61,932 bases of DNA from a virus (Duplodnaviria; Caudoviricetes): the IMG/VR virus record IMGVR_UViG_3300020578_003649, positions 1 to 61,932 of that record. One strand, given 5' to 3'. Positions 1 through 8,085 of the stretch are shown piece by piece (within the stretch, counting starts at the first letter, position 1; each line of letters starts with the position of its first letter). Under the pieces are notes generated by a model. That model worked only from the letters and a program-made list of their open reading frames with translations, was not told the DNA's origin and ran no database searches. Both the position numbers and the translations under genes were made by a program.

Positions 1-17
1 ATTTTTTTGATAGGATC

Positions 18-221
18 CTAATTTTTTGGCAACTTTTTTTCTAAAGTTTTTCTGCGCGCTTTTAGCTTCCGGATCTCTAATTTGCGAAGGTATGGTCCGT
101 GGTTATATGTACTACCTTCCCAAGCCATTGTCCAGACTGTCTTATCTGTCTTAAGGAATTCAATGCGATTGTCAATCTTTGTAATCGTGTCCTGGATTTC
201 TTGTGTCGTCATATCTCTCAT
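18..221 (-). CDS. small hypothetical protein
   Basis: ORF track; coupled to the upstream ORF; true start may be the internal ATG (MTTQE) after AAAATGAGAGAT. Confidence 0.6.
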   Translation of the reverse strand: MRDMTTQEIQDTITKIDNRIEFLKTDKTVWTMAWEGSTYNHGPYLRKLEIRKLKARRKTLEKKLPKN

Positions 222-403
222 TTTGTAAAGCTTACTTGATATTCACAACTACCACTCCAGGATTCTCTAAGAGTTACTCGATAACCCTTGAAGCGGCCCA
301 ATTGCTGCACATAATCTAAAAACGACAGCCTGTCTTCGGGATGAGCTTTAGCCTGATAAAGGCCATATTCTTCAAATAATTGCTTTTCTAATTTCTTCTT
401 CAT
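218..403 (-). CDS. small hypothetical protein
   Basis: ORF track; preceded by the recurrent leader AAAAATAAGAGAC-ATG. Confidence 0.65.
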   Translation of the reverse strand: MKKKLEKQLFEEYGLYQAKAHPEDRLSFLDYVQQLGRFKGYRVTLRESWSGSCEYQVSFTK

Positions 404-408
404 GTCTC

Positions 409-567
409 TTATTTTTCTAATTGGTAAATAGCTTCTTTAACCGTGCCAATCAAATAGCCGTAACAATATGCTGCGGCGGCTGGACCTTTTTCATCCCATT
501 GCTGTTGTGCGGCACCTAATTGCTTTTTCAACATTGCCACTAATTCTTTTTTCTGTGCTTTTGTCAT
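409..567 (-). CDS. 52-aa hypothetical protein (not in ORF track)
   Basis: Manual translation MTKAQKKELVAMLKKQLGAAQQQWDEKGPAAAAYCYGYLIGTVKEAIYQLEK; leader AAAAATAAGAGAT-ATG and promoter-like element upstream. Confidence 0.7.
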   Translation of the reverse strand: MTKAQKKELVAMLKKQLGAAQQQWDEKGPAAAAYCYGYLIGTVKEAIYQLEK

Positions 568-653
568 ATCTCTTATTTTTATACTATAAATTTAAGGAAT
601 TAATCAATGCGATCCTAATCTTTTTCAAGAAAAGTTACAGAAAAGTTTGCTGG

Positions 654-1043
654 CTAATTAAAGCCAACAAACCCTACTTTGAGTGGTAACTCCAACTCTT
701 CTGCAATCTCTTTGAGACGGTATAATGGAGCATCTTCTATCTCATTCATTACTATTCCAGCTACGCGCTCCATGTCATAGCCAAAGCCAAAGCTATAAAC
801 AGTAACGGCTCTTTGGATGCGCTTAAGCTCCGGAGTTGCTTCATCACTCCACTCTAATTCAAACAATGCATAGTCAACAATATCAGACTCTAATTTCTCC
901 TCAAATGCATTCATTGCATTCTCCCATTGTTGAGTTACTAATACACGGACTGCTGCCGCAACCATGTCATTGTGCTCATACATTTCCTTGCTCCAAGGTT
1001 TAACAATTTGGATTCCGTACTGTGTTTTGATTTCTTTTTTCAT
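654..1043 (-). CDS. hypothetical protein
   Basis: 129-aa ORF with leader AAAAATAAGAGAT-ATG and TTGGA-type promoter. Confidence 0.75.
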   Translation of the reverse strand: MKKEIKTQYGIQIVKPWSKEMYEHNDMVAAAVRVLVTQQWENAMNAFEEKLESDIVDYALFELEWSDEATPELKRIQRAVTVYSFGFGYDMERVAGIVMNEIEDAPLYRLKEIAEELELPLKVGFVGFN

Positions 1044-1096
1044 ATCTCTTATTTTTTATTATACTTAAAGATAAGCATTTTTTCAATGCGATCCAA
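1044..1096 (-). promoter_or_regulatory. class I phage promoter (TTGGAW...TWATWWTA), representative copy
   Basis: Minus strand TTGGATCGCATTGAAAAAATGCTTATCTTTAAGTATAAT; near-identical copy at ~575-617; same architecture recurs at ~1601, 3127, 5069, 8473, 11660, 13771, 15892, 17152, 17301, 22604, 27896, 38967, 48592, 55945, 59755, always just upstream of a minus-strand start. Confidence 0.7.
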
Positions 1097-1166
1097 GCAT
1101 TTCATGAAAAAAGTTTCATAAAATGTTTTTATGGAAAACAGGATCCTTATAAATGGTGTCTATGGA

Positions 1167-1318
1167 AATCTACTTAAAGCTTTGGTTGAACTTAAACCAT
1201 CGATTGAACTAGACCGGGTTAATCTACTTAAACCATTGGTTGAACTTAAACCATCGATTGAACTAGACCGGGTTAATCTACTTAAACCATTGGTTGAACT
1301 TAAACCATCGATTGAACT
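1167..1318. repeat. 54-bp tandem repeat (~2.8 copies) built from 18-bp monomers
   Basis: Unit ACTTAAACCATTGGTTGA-ACTTAAACCATCGATTGA-ACTAGACCGGGTTAATCT repeated directly. Confidence 0.9.
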
Positions 1319-1319
1319 G

Positions 1320-1346
1320 TAAAAAAGGGAGCCATTACGACTCCCT
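1320..1346 (-). terminator. intrinsic terminator
   Basis: AGGGAGTC-GTAA-TGGCTCCCT hairpin followed by a T run on minus strand. Confidence 0.8.
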
Positions 1347-1466
1347 AACGTGCACGCCTGGGAAATAAGAGAGAGAAACCAGGTCTAGCGAATGCCGTCC
1401 AGGCTGAGGTGTTCATCGAGCCGCCAACAGAGAGCATCGACTGTGGTTACAACCTGGACTAACGTT
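1347..1466 (-). ncRNA. putative structured RNA / 3' UTR-derived sRNA
   Basis: GC-rich island; stems GUCCAGGUUG/CAGCCUGGAC (1450-1459 with 1397-1406), CCUGG/CCAGG enclosing a pyrimidine loop, AACGU/ACGUU closing pair; ends at terminator. Confidence 0.5.
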
Positions 1467-1554
1467 ATTTTCTAGGACGGATAAAGTCCTTCCATATTCC
1501 AATTGCAAATAGACTCGCAATCATTATTACGGCTATTACTCCTACTATAGGCAT
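1465..1554 (-). CDS. 29-aa single-pass membrane peptide (not in ORF track)
   Basis: MPIVGVIAVIMIASLFAIGIWKDFIRPRK; AAAGGA upstream; class I promoter at ~1570-1605. Confidence 0.6.
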   Translation of the reverse strand: MPIVGVIAVIMIASLFAIGIWKDFIRPRK

Positions 1555-1699
1555 ATCATTTCCTTTTTACTCTTATATTATATGAAATGCTCTGCGAGAA
1601 TCCAACCGGATCGAGCTAAATGTTACGGCATATGTTTACTCTCAATAGCTAGGAAACCGAATCGAAACCGCACTATAGCACCTAAAAGCACATACCAAT

Positions 1700-2220
1700 C
1701 TAAAAATAAAACGCAATACAAACTAAAAATAAACGGCTATTGCTCTAAAAATAGCCTAAAAATAACGCATATTGGACTAAAAATAACGCATATCCATCTA
1801 AAAATAGACGCGTTCAGTATACTATATATAGAGAGACAACGCAATCTAAAAATAGGACTAAAAATAAAACCTGATATTGTACTAAAAATAGAATGCATTT
1901 TGGACTAAAAATAACATCACTTTGGACTAAAAATAAAACGCACTTTGGACTAAAAATAAACCAGGGAGGGAGGAGATGGACTAAAAATAGCCGGATATTG
2001 CTCTAAAAATAACATGCCCCTTAGAGTTCGTTTAAGAACATCGAGGGCCTAGATATGCTAGATATCCATCGAGTCAGCGATAAAGAGCATACGCCCCATT
2101 AAAACTAAAAGGACAGGCAGGGAGATATATAACCTTTCCACTCTGATGCTACTAGACACTAAAACCACAATTACGTCTAAAAATACGACTAGTACTTTTA
2201 CCATATTCAAACTAAAAATA
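1700..2220. repeat. array of 16 CTAAAAATA direct repeats in a non-coding region (candidate origin, packaging or terminal region)
   Basis: Copies start at 1700,1723,1745,1756,1777,1798,1846,1858,1882,1905,1927,1950,1981,2003,2177,2212; spacings mostly 11-12 or 21-24 bp. Confidence 0.85.
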
Positions 2221-2461
2221 GCAGGGTGGGGAAGATGCTACTAGACTCTATCCTCTATTTCTATGCTATAGTAAGCGTCTATGGAAACACCTGGGTAATA
2301 GGGAATCTTTATATGTATGTGTATATACTCTCTTATATACATTATACTTAATAATACTTATGTCTCTATATGTTGTATTCTTTGTATTTGCATACTATGT
2401 ATTCTTCTGCAGTACCCGTAACATTACATTCCTACGGATACTAATTAGTTTGGGTGCATAG

Positions 2462-2492
2462 TAAAAAAGAGCCACAACAATGCGACTCTTTC
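2462..2492 (-). terminator. intrinsic terminator
   Basis: AAGAGTCGCA-TTGT-TGTGGCTCTT followed by T run. Confidence 0.7.
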
Positions 2493-2521
2493 AGCTTGAC
2501 TGGCAGTATTATCTTGTCATC

Positions 2522-2815
2522 TTATTCTGTATTAGATTCTGGCCAATCTGAGAACTTCAATCCATATTGCAAAGAGAACCATTGCATCTCTCGCTCTGCT
2601 GCTTTAGCTGGAGTGCGTAATGTCTTTTGCAAGTAACGCTTTCCCCACTCTTGCCATTCCGTGTTTTGAGCTACAGTCATAGTCCATTGTTGGAACCAAT
2701 TATCTGTTCGTCCCTTTACGTCCTCAAAGGTTACCGCATGTCCTGCAATGCGAAACATTTCATTGATAAGGTCTTCGCCTGCCTTTTCTCGTTTTTGTTC
2801 TCGGGTTAGTCTCAT
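2522..2815 (-). CDS. hypothetical protein
   Basis: 97-aa ORF, ATGA overlap with upstream ORF. Confidence 0.75.
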   Translation of the reverse strand: MRLTREQKREKAGEDLINEMFRIAGHAVTFEDVKGRTDNWFQQWTMTVAQNTEWQEWGKRYLQKTLRTPAKAAEREMQWFSLQYGLKFSDWPESNTE

Positions 2816-2919
2816 CTGTATTTTGGTTTTAATACGACGTCATAATAGTCGACTTCGACAGGATCCTGTCCTTGTATGTAAATGGTACTACGTTTAGGAT
2901 TCAACTCTTTGCATTGCAT
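2812..2919 (-). CDS. 35-aa hypothetical peptide (not in ORF track)
   Basis: MQCKELNPKRSTIYIQGQDPVEVDYYDVVLKPKYR; TAATG and ATGA overlaps on both sides. Confidence 0.5.
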   Translation of the reverse strand: MQCKELNPKRSTIYIQGQDPVEVDYYDVVLKPKYR

Positions 2920-3083
2920 TACCCGTTCCTTTCTGGTGCCTTTGGTTCCTCAGGTGCCAATTCAGATCTCAATGAATCTGCTTTGCGTTGTGCTGCTCGA
3001 ATGATGCTAGCACTGTATATATGTCCTTTTGCAGCAAGTTTTTCATATGCTACAATCAACTCACGTATCTCATCATTTGTCAT
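2919..3083 (-). CDS. 54-aa hypothetical protein (not in ORF track)
   Basis: MTNDEIRELIVAYEKLAAKGHIYSASIIRAAQRKADSLRSELAPEEPKAPERNG; class I promoter at ~3100-3131. Confidence 0.65.
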   Translation of the reverse strand: MTNDEIRELIVAYEKLAAKGHIYSASIIRAAQRKADSLRSELAPEEPKAPERNG

Positions 3084-3135
3084 TGTTATCTTTATTTCCT
3101 GTATAATAAGAAATAAAAATCAATTATCCAACCTT

Positions 3136-3291
3136 TTAGCCAATACGAATTTCAAAGCCCCATTTACCCCAAATAAAGTCAATGCTGGTATAACCATGAA
3201 GCCATTTGTCGTGAGTAACTTTGCAGGTAGGTATTACATAGAATTGATATGCAACATGGAACCTTTGGAACCTTCTATTCTGTCGTGCCAT
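3136..3291 (-). CDS. small hypothetical protein
   Basis: 3' part of track ORF 3136..3402; start moved to MARQNRR to reduce overlap. Confidence 0.5.
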   Translation of the reverse strand: MARQNRRFQRFHVAYQFYVIPTCKVTHDKWLHGYTSIDFIWGKWGFEIRIG

Positions 3292-3691
3292 AACAAACAA
3301 TTTCATAACCTTCTTCAAGGCGGTTGAAACTATGCACAATCTTGCCAGCAAACTCTGGTGAAAATGATTCCATATTGTTGCCACGAGCAATGTAAGGTCC
3401 ACCTGATGGATCTACCATATCGATAGTATCCTTATCGGAATAGACATATTGTCCATATTTTTTTGCAAGGTCAGTGTAAGTACCCTTCTCATCATCCCAC
3501 TCGTGAACTAGCTTCATGAACGACTCCAAACTCTCAGTGCCACCATCTTCTTGGTATTTTGCATATGCTTTATCATACACGTTAGGCCAACTACTTCGGC
3601 ACCATTTGAAATTACCAGTCCATAAGATGTTACCATTTGGCATGAGACTAAACTCATATCGGTCTCCATATCGGTTTGTGTAGTTTGTCAT
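3275..3691 (-). CDS. hypothetical protein
   Basis: 138-aa ORF with DMVDPSGGPYI motif; coupled to neighbours. Confidence 0.75.
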   Translation of the reverse strand: MTNYTNRYGDRYEFSLMPNGNILWTGNFKWCRSSWPNVYDKAYAKYQEDGGTESLESFMKLVHEWDDEKGTYTDLAKKYGQYVYSDKDTIDMVDPSGGPYIARGNNMESFSPEFAGKIVHSFNRLEEGYEIVCYGTTE

Positions 3692-3876
3692 TACTCGCCA
3701 AATAAGTTATCAAACATTCTGTTATAAGCTTCAATTGCCGGATACAAAACTAATAGGCCTGCTACTCCATATAACACACTTGTATATGATATTGGAGATA
3801 AAAAGAACTTTGCAGTTGCCATTGCTCCTGAAAATGCCATTAATACGGCAGCGAATTTTTTAAGATATTTTTTCAT
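3691..3876 (-). CDS. small membrane protein
   Basis: Two hydrophobic segments. Confidence 0.65.
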   Translation of the reverse strand: MKKYLKKFAAVLMAFSGAMATAKFFLSPISYTSVLYGVAGLLVLYPAIEAYNRMFDNLFGE

Positions 3877-3877
3877 G

Positions 3878-4075
3878 TTATTTAAACCATTTATTTATTG
3901 TGGTACGTATTGGCTCTGGTAAAGCCTTCTTCTTTTTCTTTTTGTCTGTAAGTTGTTTAGGTTTGCGAAATTGCTCATAAGCTGATTTAAGTTGACCTCT
4001 CATTACTTCAGAGTAAGGCGTATGAGTTTTCTTTTCATTGTCAAAATTAAGATTGGGTTCATGAACTACACTCAT
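3878..4075 (-). CDS. small basic hypothetical protein
   Basis: ORF track; poly-Lys tract. Confidence 0.6.
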   Translation of the reverse strand: MSVVHEPNLNFDNEKKTHTPYSEVMRGQLKSAYEQFRKPKQLTDKKKKKKALPEPIRTTINKWFK

Positions 4076-4083
4076 CTAGTTTC

Positions 4084-4278
4084 TTATATTCTTTGTTTTA
4101 CCTTTTCCCAATAGATTACCAACGGAGTAATGTCATCATTGGGAATTGAATCTCTAATGAAATCACATATTACATCACACGCTGCCATTGCACATTCTTT
4201 TGTCTGCCAAAAATCAATTGACATATCTACCGTCATTTTCTCTAGCAAATGTGATGCTTGTTCTTCTATTGTTCTCAT
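4084..4278 (-). CDS. hypothetical protein
   Basis: ORF track, packed in operon. Confidence 0.65.
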   Translation of the reverse strand: MRTIEEQASHLLEKMTVDMSIDFWQTKECAMAACDVICDFIRDSIPNDDITPLVIYWEKVKQRI

Positions 4279-4309
4279 ACCTTATAATAAGAAATATTAT
4301 TTAATCTTC

Positions 4310-4525
4310 TTATTCTCCACATCCTTCAACATAATTTAAGTCAGCGGATGGATCTTGATAGTACATAACCATTTTGCGCAGAAGTTTATTTTCTCGCTTC
4401 AATATTTCACATTTTTTATATTCTCGTGCCATTGACATTGACATCATAATGCCAATAACAACTCCTAGAAATACCCCAACAGCTGCGGAGATTCCAAATT
4501 CTTTTTTATTCAACGGTTCTATCAT
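4310..4525 (-). CDS. small membrane-anchored protein
   Basis: N-terminal TM helix plus short coiled coil. Confidence 0.6.
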   Translation of the reverse strand: MIEPLNKKEFGISAAVGVFLGVVIGIMMSMSMAREYKKCEILKRENKLLRKMVMYYQDPSADLNYVEGCGE

Positions 4526-4781
4526 TTTCTTGTTCTGTTTCGTTTTGAAGCTTAGTTAATTCAAATTCATATCGTTCCGTAATCCAACGACGTTGAGCTG
4601 AGCTACGTTCTGATTTTTTTGCTTGAACTAAATCATATTCTGATTTAAGTGTTTGCATATCCATTCGAGCTACTTCGCGAATCGAAGGAGGCATATAATC
4701 GATTGGATCAATATTTTTTGTTAATTCTTGTAAGAATGCATTGTATTGTTCTTGCTGTTCTGGAGTTAAATCTGATGACAT
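4506..4781 (-). CDS. hypothetical protein
   Basis: ORF track. Confidence 0.65.
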   Translation of the reverse strand: MSSDLTPEQQEQYNAFLQELTKNIDPIDYMPPSIREVARMDMQTLKSEYDLVQAKKSERSSAQRRWITERYEFELTKLQNETEQENDRTVE

Positions 4782-4793
4782 ATATTTGATTAT

Positions 4794-5027
4794 TTATTTT
4801 TTAACATCTTTATGTATCTCACGCCAGATATGTAACTCTGTTTCAAACGTATTGCCTTCGAATATCGGCTTCTTAGTTAAACGAGTATATTGTGTTGTAG
4901 TTCCATCTGGATTAAGTGTTTTGCTAATTCGGATACGACGAGTTTGTTCTTTAGAACGTCTACATAACAAGCCTCTACGGCGTAACGATAATTTAAATCT
5001 TGATTTTAATTTTTTAATGAAAGTCAT
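4794..5027 (-). CDS. basic hypothetical protein
   Basis: Leader GAAAATAAAGAGTT-ATG with class I promoter at ~5042-5073. Confidence 0.65.
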   Translation of the reverse strand: MTFIKKLKSRFKLSLRRRGLLCRRSKEQTRRIRISKTLNPDGTTTQYTRLTKKPIFEGNTFETELHIWREIHKDVKK

Positions 5028-5094
5028 AACTCTTTATTTTCTATAATATAAGAAATAATGAGTTAATATCCAACCGACATGGAAGAAAACTTTG

Positions 5095-5388
5095 TTATCC
5101 TTTAATTAATTTTTTATCTTCTTTGTTTAAACAAAATTTTGGATCTGACAACAATTTATCAAATCGACGATCAACGTATGAATTTAATTCATCAATTCGT
5201 CGATGCATCGACTCTTCGATATGCTCATTGCTTCGATATAAATTACTAATTGACTCGTTCATACAACGATCTAACATTTCTAAGCTTTTTTTTAATTTCA
5301 GTACCTTCACAGTACTATATACAGCAATAGCAGCAAGTGCCACCAAAACCATTGTTAGTACCCCAAAAGCAAACATTAATGTTTCCAT
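5095..5388 (-). CDS. membrane-anchored coiled-coil protein
   Basis: N-terminal TM helix; GGAGG upstream. Confidence 0.7.
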   Translation of the reverse strand: METLMFAFGVLTMVLVALAAIAVYSTVKVLKLKKSLEMLDRCMNESISNLYRSNEHIEESMHRRIDELNSYVDRRFDKLLSDPKFCLNKEDKKLIKG

Positions 5389-5401
5389 AATTTTCCTCCG
5401 T

Positions 5402-5427
5402 ATGTCAAAGAACTCCCATGTCGGGGA
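5402..5427 (-). promoter_or_regulatory. hairpin + boxA-like antitermination element
   Basis: TCCC-CGACAT-GGGA hairpin directly followed by GTTCTTTGACAT, resembling rRNA-operon boxA. Confidence 0.4.
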
Positions 5428-5429
5428 TA

Positions 5430-5765
5430 TTATACTGGATTACCAGTTGCTTCTGCGTATAGTTTACGCAATGTGTATATGCTATTTTTTGTTTTAAACA
5501 CAATCACATCTGCCGTTTGCTCTGTGATTTCAGTTACCGTAGTTGTTTGCCATGTAAAGAAATCATTGAATGGAGACATAAGCAATGATCGACCTTCGGC
5601 CGGCTCATCATGTTTTGCTTTGAATCGTCCTTCATCAGTCCATTCAATCCAAATGATGCCAACAGACCGTTTAGTCAACCCATCATGTTCTCTTACTAAC
5701 TCCCAGTTATTTGCCGGAGCTTCTTCAATGTGAACTGGTATTGCTATTCTATCTATTTTACTCAT
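5430..5765 (-). CDS. hypothetical protein
   Basis: 111-aa ORF with WQTTxV...FKTKNSIY motif common in large phages. Confidence 0.75.
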   Translation of the reverse strand: MSKIDRIAIPVHIEEAPANNWELVREHDGLTKRSVGIIWIEWTDEGRFKAKHDEPAEGRSLLMSPFNDFFTWQTTTVTEITEQTADVIVFKTKNSIYTLRKLYAEATGNPV

Positions 5766-5940
5766 AACTATTTTTTATATGTTCATAATCATCTATACAA
5801 ATGGCTACTTCCATTCCATCCAAAGTTCCAATTACTTCGCGAAGCAATCTATACTTATATTTAAACTTCGTAACATCGATTTCAACAACTTTTTTGTATG
5901 GGTCATGTCCTAATACACGAATCATTACCATTTGTTTCAT
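5758..5940 (-). CDS. small hypothetical protein
   Basis: ORF track. Confidence 0.55.
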   Translation of the reverse strand: MKQMVMIRVLGHDPYKKVVEIDVTKFKYKYRLLREVIGTLDGMEVAICIDDYEHIKNSYE

Positions 5941-5978
5941 TTTAACTCCGATATGTTTACTAATAATAAAAAAACTAT

Positions 5979-7949
5979 TTAACGAATCAAACCAAAATGT
6001 CCAAATACTTGTTGACGATAATCAGTTTGCGTATCTCCAAATGATACTTGATATGTATAAGTTCCATCTTGAACTGGTCGTAATGCATAAGTGCCATCCC
6101 AACCTTCTGTGTGATCATGTGACTCAAATACCATTTCTCCCCAACGGTTGAATACTTGCAAATGATAATCATATGGATCAAAGCCGTTAGTGAATACTGG
6201 TAACCACGTTTGATTGTGTTCATTGCCATCAGGTGTAAATGAGTTAGGAATGTAAAACAATAACTCAAGACAACGAGCAATGGTTATTATAGTTTGTTGC
6301 TGTGATGATGCGCATCCATTTACCCAAGCCGTTACTGTGAGTGTAAACTGTCCTGGTGCAGTAAATGCAATAGATATATTGTCTTGTTGATATGTAGTTC
6401 CCATGTATTGCCATTCTGAATATCCTGGAATACTGCTTTGAGCTGAGAATGTTAATAATACTGAGTCGCCTTCGCATATCTCATAAAAAGGATTATAAGG
6501 TGCAATTGAATCTAATATGGGCTGAGGGTATGTTGTAATGTCTGTAGTAACATCAAACACACAACCGCTTTGAATGTATGTGTATGTTATTGTGTTTGTG
6601 CCAACCGCTTGGCTTGGTTCAAAGTTATTGCCCACTACTCCCGTTCCTGAGAATACTCCGCCTACGGGTTGTGCTTGTAATGTAACAAACTCATCATATA
6701 AACAGAAAGGTCCTTCGGGTTGTATTGTAGGCGTCACACTGAATATAGTAATATCAATATCCACAGGCAATCCTAAACAGCCATTGGCTTCTGGGGTTAC
6801 TTGTATAGCTCCAGGAATAAAACTCGCAGGAAACGCACTAAAATCAACCTCTATAACGCTTGTTCCTTGACCTGACAGGATAGGTGCAACACTACTCCAC
6901 AATAAGTTGTATCCGGGTTGAGTGGCTACATCGTATACTTCGAGTGTAGATCCAATACATATAGTATCAGTGCCATTGATTGGTCCTAACACAGGAATAG
7001 GATTGCCTGGTATCACTAACACAGTATCTGGACCATTACTTGTACCACCATTACATTGCGACCAACCTGCATTACATGTAGGATATGTGAGATGACAAGT
7101 ATACTGAGTAGGACCATTAGGTGTAACTGTTAGAGTAGGTCCAGTACCTAATGCAACAAGATTTCCTACTTGGTACCATGTTAACGTTGGCGTTACTGTA
7201 GGACCATTTGGAGTCCATTGCCAAGCATCATTTGTAGCAGTCCATTGCGATGAATTGCGTCCTGGTACGGTAACTGCTGCGGTTCCTGCAGCATTATGAA
7301 CTCCTTGTGTTGCAGTTCCATTTTGCCATTGCAGACAAGCAGGTTTGCTTTGTATGTGATTTTCAATAACGTTGCTTGACTCATGTATCACAATATGGAA
7401 TGTACCTTGATTACCCGTACATGAAAACATTGGTACTCCAATCCAACTCACAACCAATTTGCGACATGGAGCCACACCTTGCACTTGATATCTAATCTGT
7501 CCTCCTAATCCAGGATGCCAATCTTGCCAAGGCCCCATTACGCAGTTCTTTGGTACAAGAGCATTTGCTGTAGGAATAGTTTGAGTTGTAAATGTAGTTG
7601 GTTGTCCCGCACTAAATGAAATCCATCCATTGGATCCTACCCAAAACTGAGTATAGGTTTGCCCATAAAAACAAAATGTGAATCCAATATTGAAAGGACC
7701 TTGCTGTGAGTCATCTGTCATGAATAGCTGAGTGCCGGTATTGGTTTGAGCCACATATGGAATGGAAGCAACCTGGTATGTGGTTGTTTGCTTTGGATTG
7801 ACACCGATGCCACATTGTGTCAAATCTGCTGTGAGTGTTGTTGTCCCTTGACCGCAAGGTAGAATCTGATCTGGACCTAATGCCGGACAATATTGAGAAT
7901 AGGACGTAATGCTCACAAGCATTAGTATAAGTGTGTATAAGTGCTTCAT
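5979..7949 (-). CDS. secreted protein with T9SS type B (gliding motility-associated / CHU_C) C-terminal domain
   Basis: Signal peptide MKHLYTLILMLVSITSYSQ; Ig/PKD-like Thr/Gly/Cys-rich body; C-terminal YIPNSFTPDGN...VFNRWGEMVFES...GWDGT...DGTYTY. Confidence 0.85.
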   Translation of the reverse strand: MKHLYTLILMLVSITSYSQYCPALGPDQILPCGQGTTTLTADLTQCGIGVNPKQTTTYQVASIPYVAQTNTGTQLFMTDDSQQGPFNIGFTFCFYGQTYTQFWVGSNGWISFSAGQPTTFTTQTIPTANALVPKNCVMGPWQDWHPGLGGQIRYQVQGVAPCRKLVVSWIGVPMFSCTGNQGTFHIVIHESSNVIENHIQSKPACLQWQNGTATQGVHNAAGTAAVTVPGRNSSQWTATNDAWQWTPNGPTVTPTLTWYQVGNLVALGTGPTLTVTPNGPTQYTCHLTYPTCNAGWSQCNGGTSNGPDTVLVIPGNPIPVLGPINGTDTICIGSTLEVYDVATQPGYNLLWSSVAPILSGQGTSVIEVDFSAFPASFIPGAIQVTPEANGCLGLPVDIDITIFSVTPTIQPEGPFCLYDEFVTLQAQPVGGVFSGTGVVGNNFEPSQAVGTNTITYTYIQSGCVFDVTTDITTYPQPILDSIAPYNPFYEICEGDSVLLTFSAQSSIPGYSEWQYMGTTYQQDNISIAFTAPGQFTLTVTAWVNGCASSQQQTIITIARCLELLFYIPNSFTPDGNEHNQTWLPVFTNGFDPYDYHLQVFNRWGEMVFESHDHTEGWDGTYALRPVQDGTYTYQVSFGDTQTDYRQQVFGHFGLIR

Positions 7950-7962
7950 AGAACCTTTATTA

Positions 7963-7970
7963 ATAAATAT
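7963..7970 (-). promoter_or_regulatory. class II (probably late) promoter ATATTTAT, representative copy
   Basis: Same octamer 5-30 nt upstream of starts at 21014, 24273, 27509, 29817, 46305, 51687, and at 8089 upstream of a structured RNA. Confidence 0.6.
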
Positions 7971-7977
7971 GTATAGT

Positions 7978-8085
7978 AAAAAACCCAAGCAGTTTCTGCT
8001 GATGAGGCAGTCTTACTTGGGTTGATATTACGACTCTGAAAACCGTATCTTCAGAGGGACCTAAGATACTATCTTAAGTGGGGTA
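7978..8085 (-). ncRNA. putative three-hairpin small RNA ending in a terminator
   Basis: UAAGAUA/UAUCUUA, CUCUGAA/UUCAGAG and AACCCAAG...CUUGGGUU+U6 stems; ATATTTAT at 8089-8096. Confidence 0.4.

Noticed and set aside
1131-1322. 63-aa + ORF with LKPLVELKPSIELDRVNL repeats
   Set aside because: Open frame is explained by the 54-bp repeat; wrong strand for this region; not called as CDS
1582-1908. 108-aa + ORF rich in LKI
   Set aside because: Translation of the CTAAAAATA array; GTG/ATG context and composition unconvincing
1700-2220. Possible CRISPR or mini-array
   Set aside because: Repeat is only 9 bp, spacers are 2-15 bp and similar to each other, and no cas genes are present
7999-8045. CTGATGAG...GAAA hammerhead-like core on + strand
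   Set aside because: Stem II closing pair and stems I/III cannot be formed convincingly; minus-strand hairpins explain the region better
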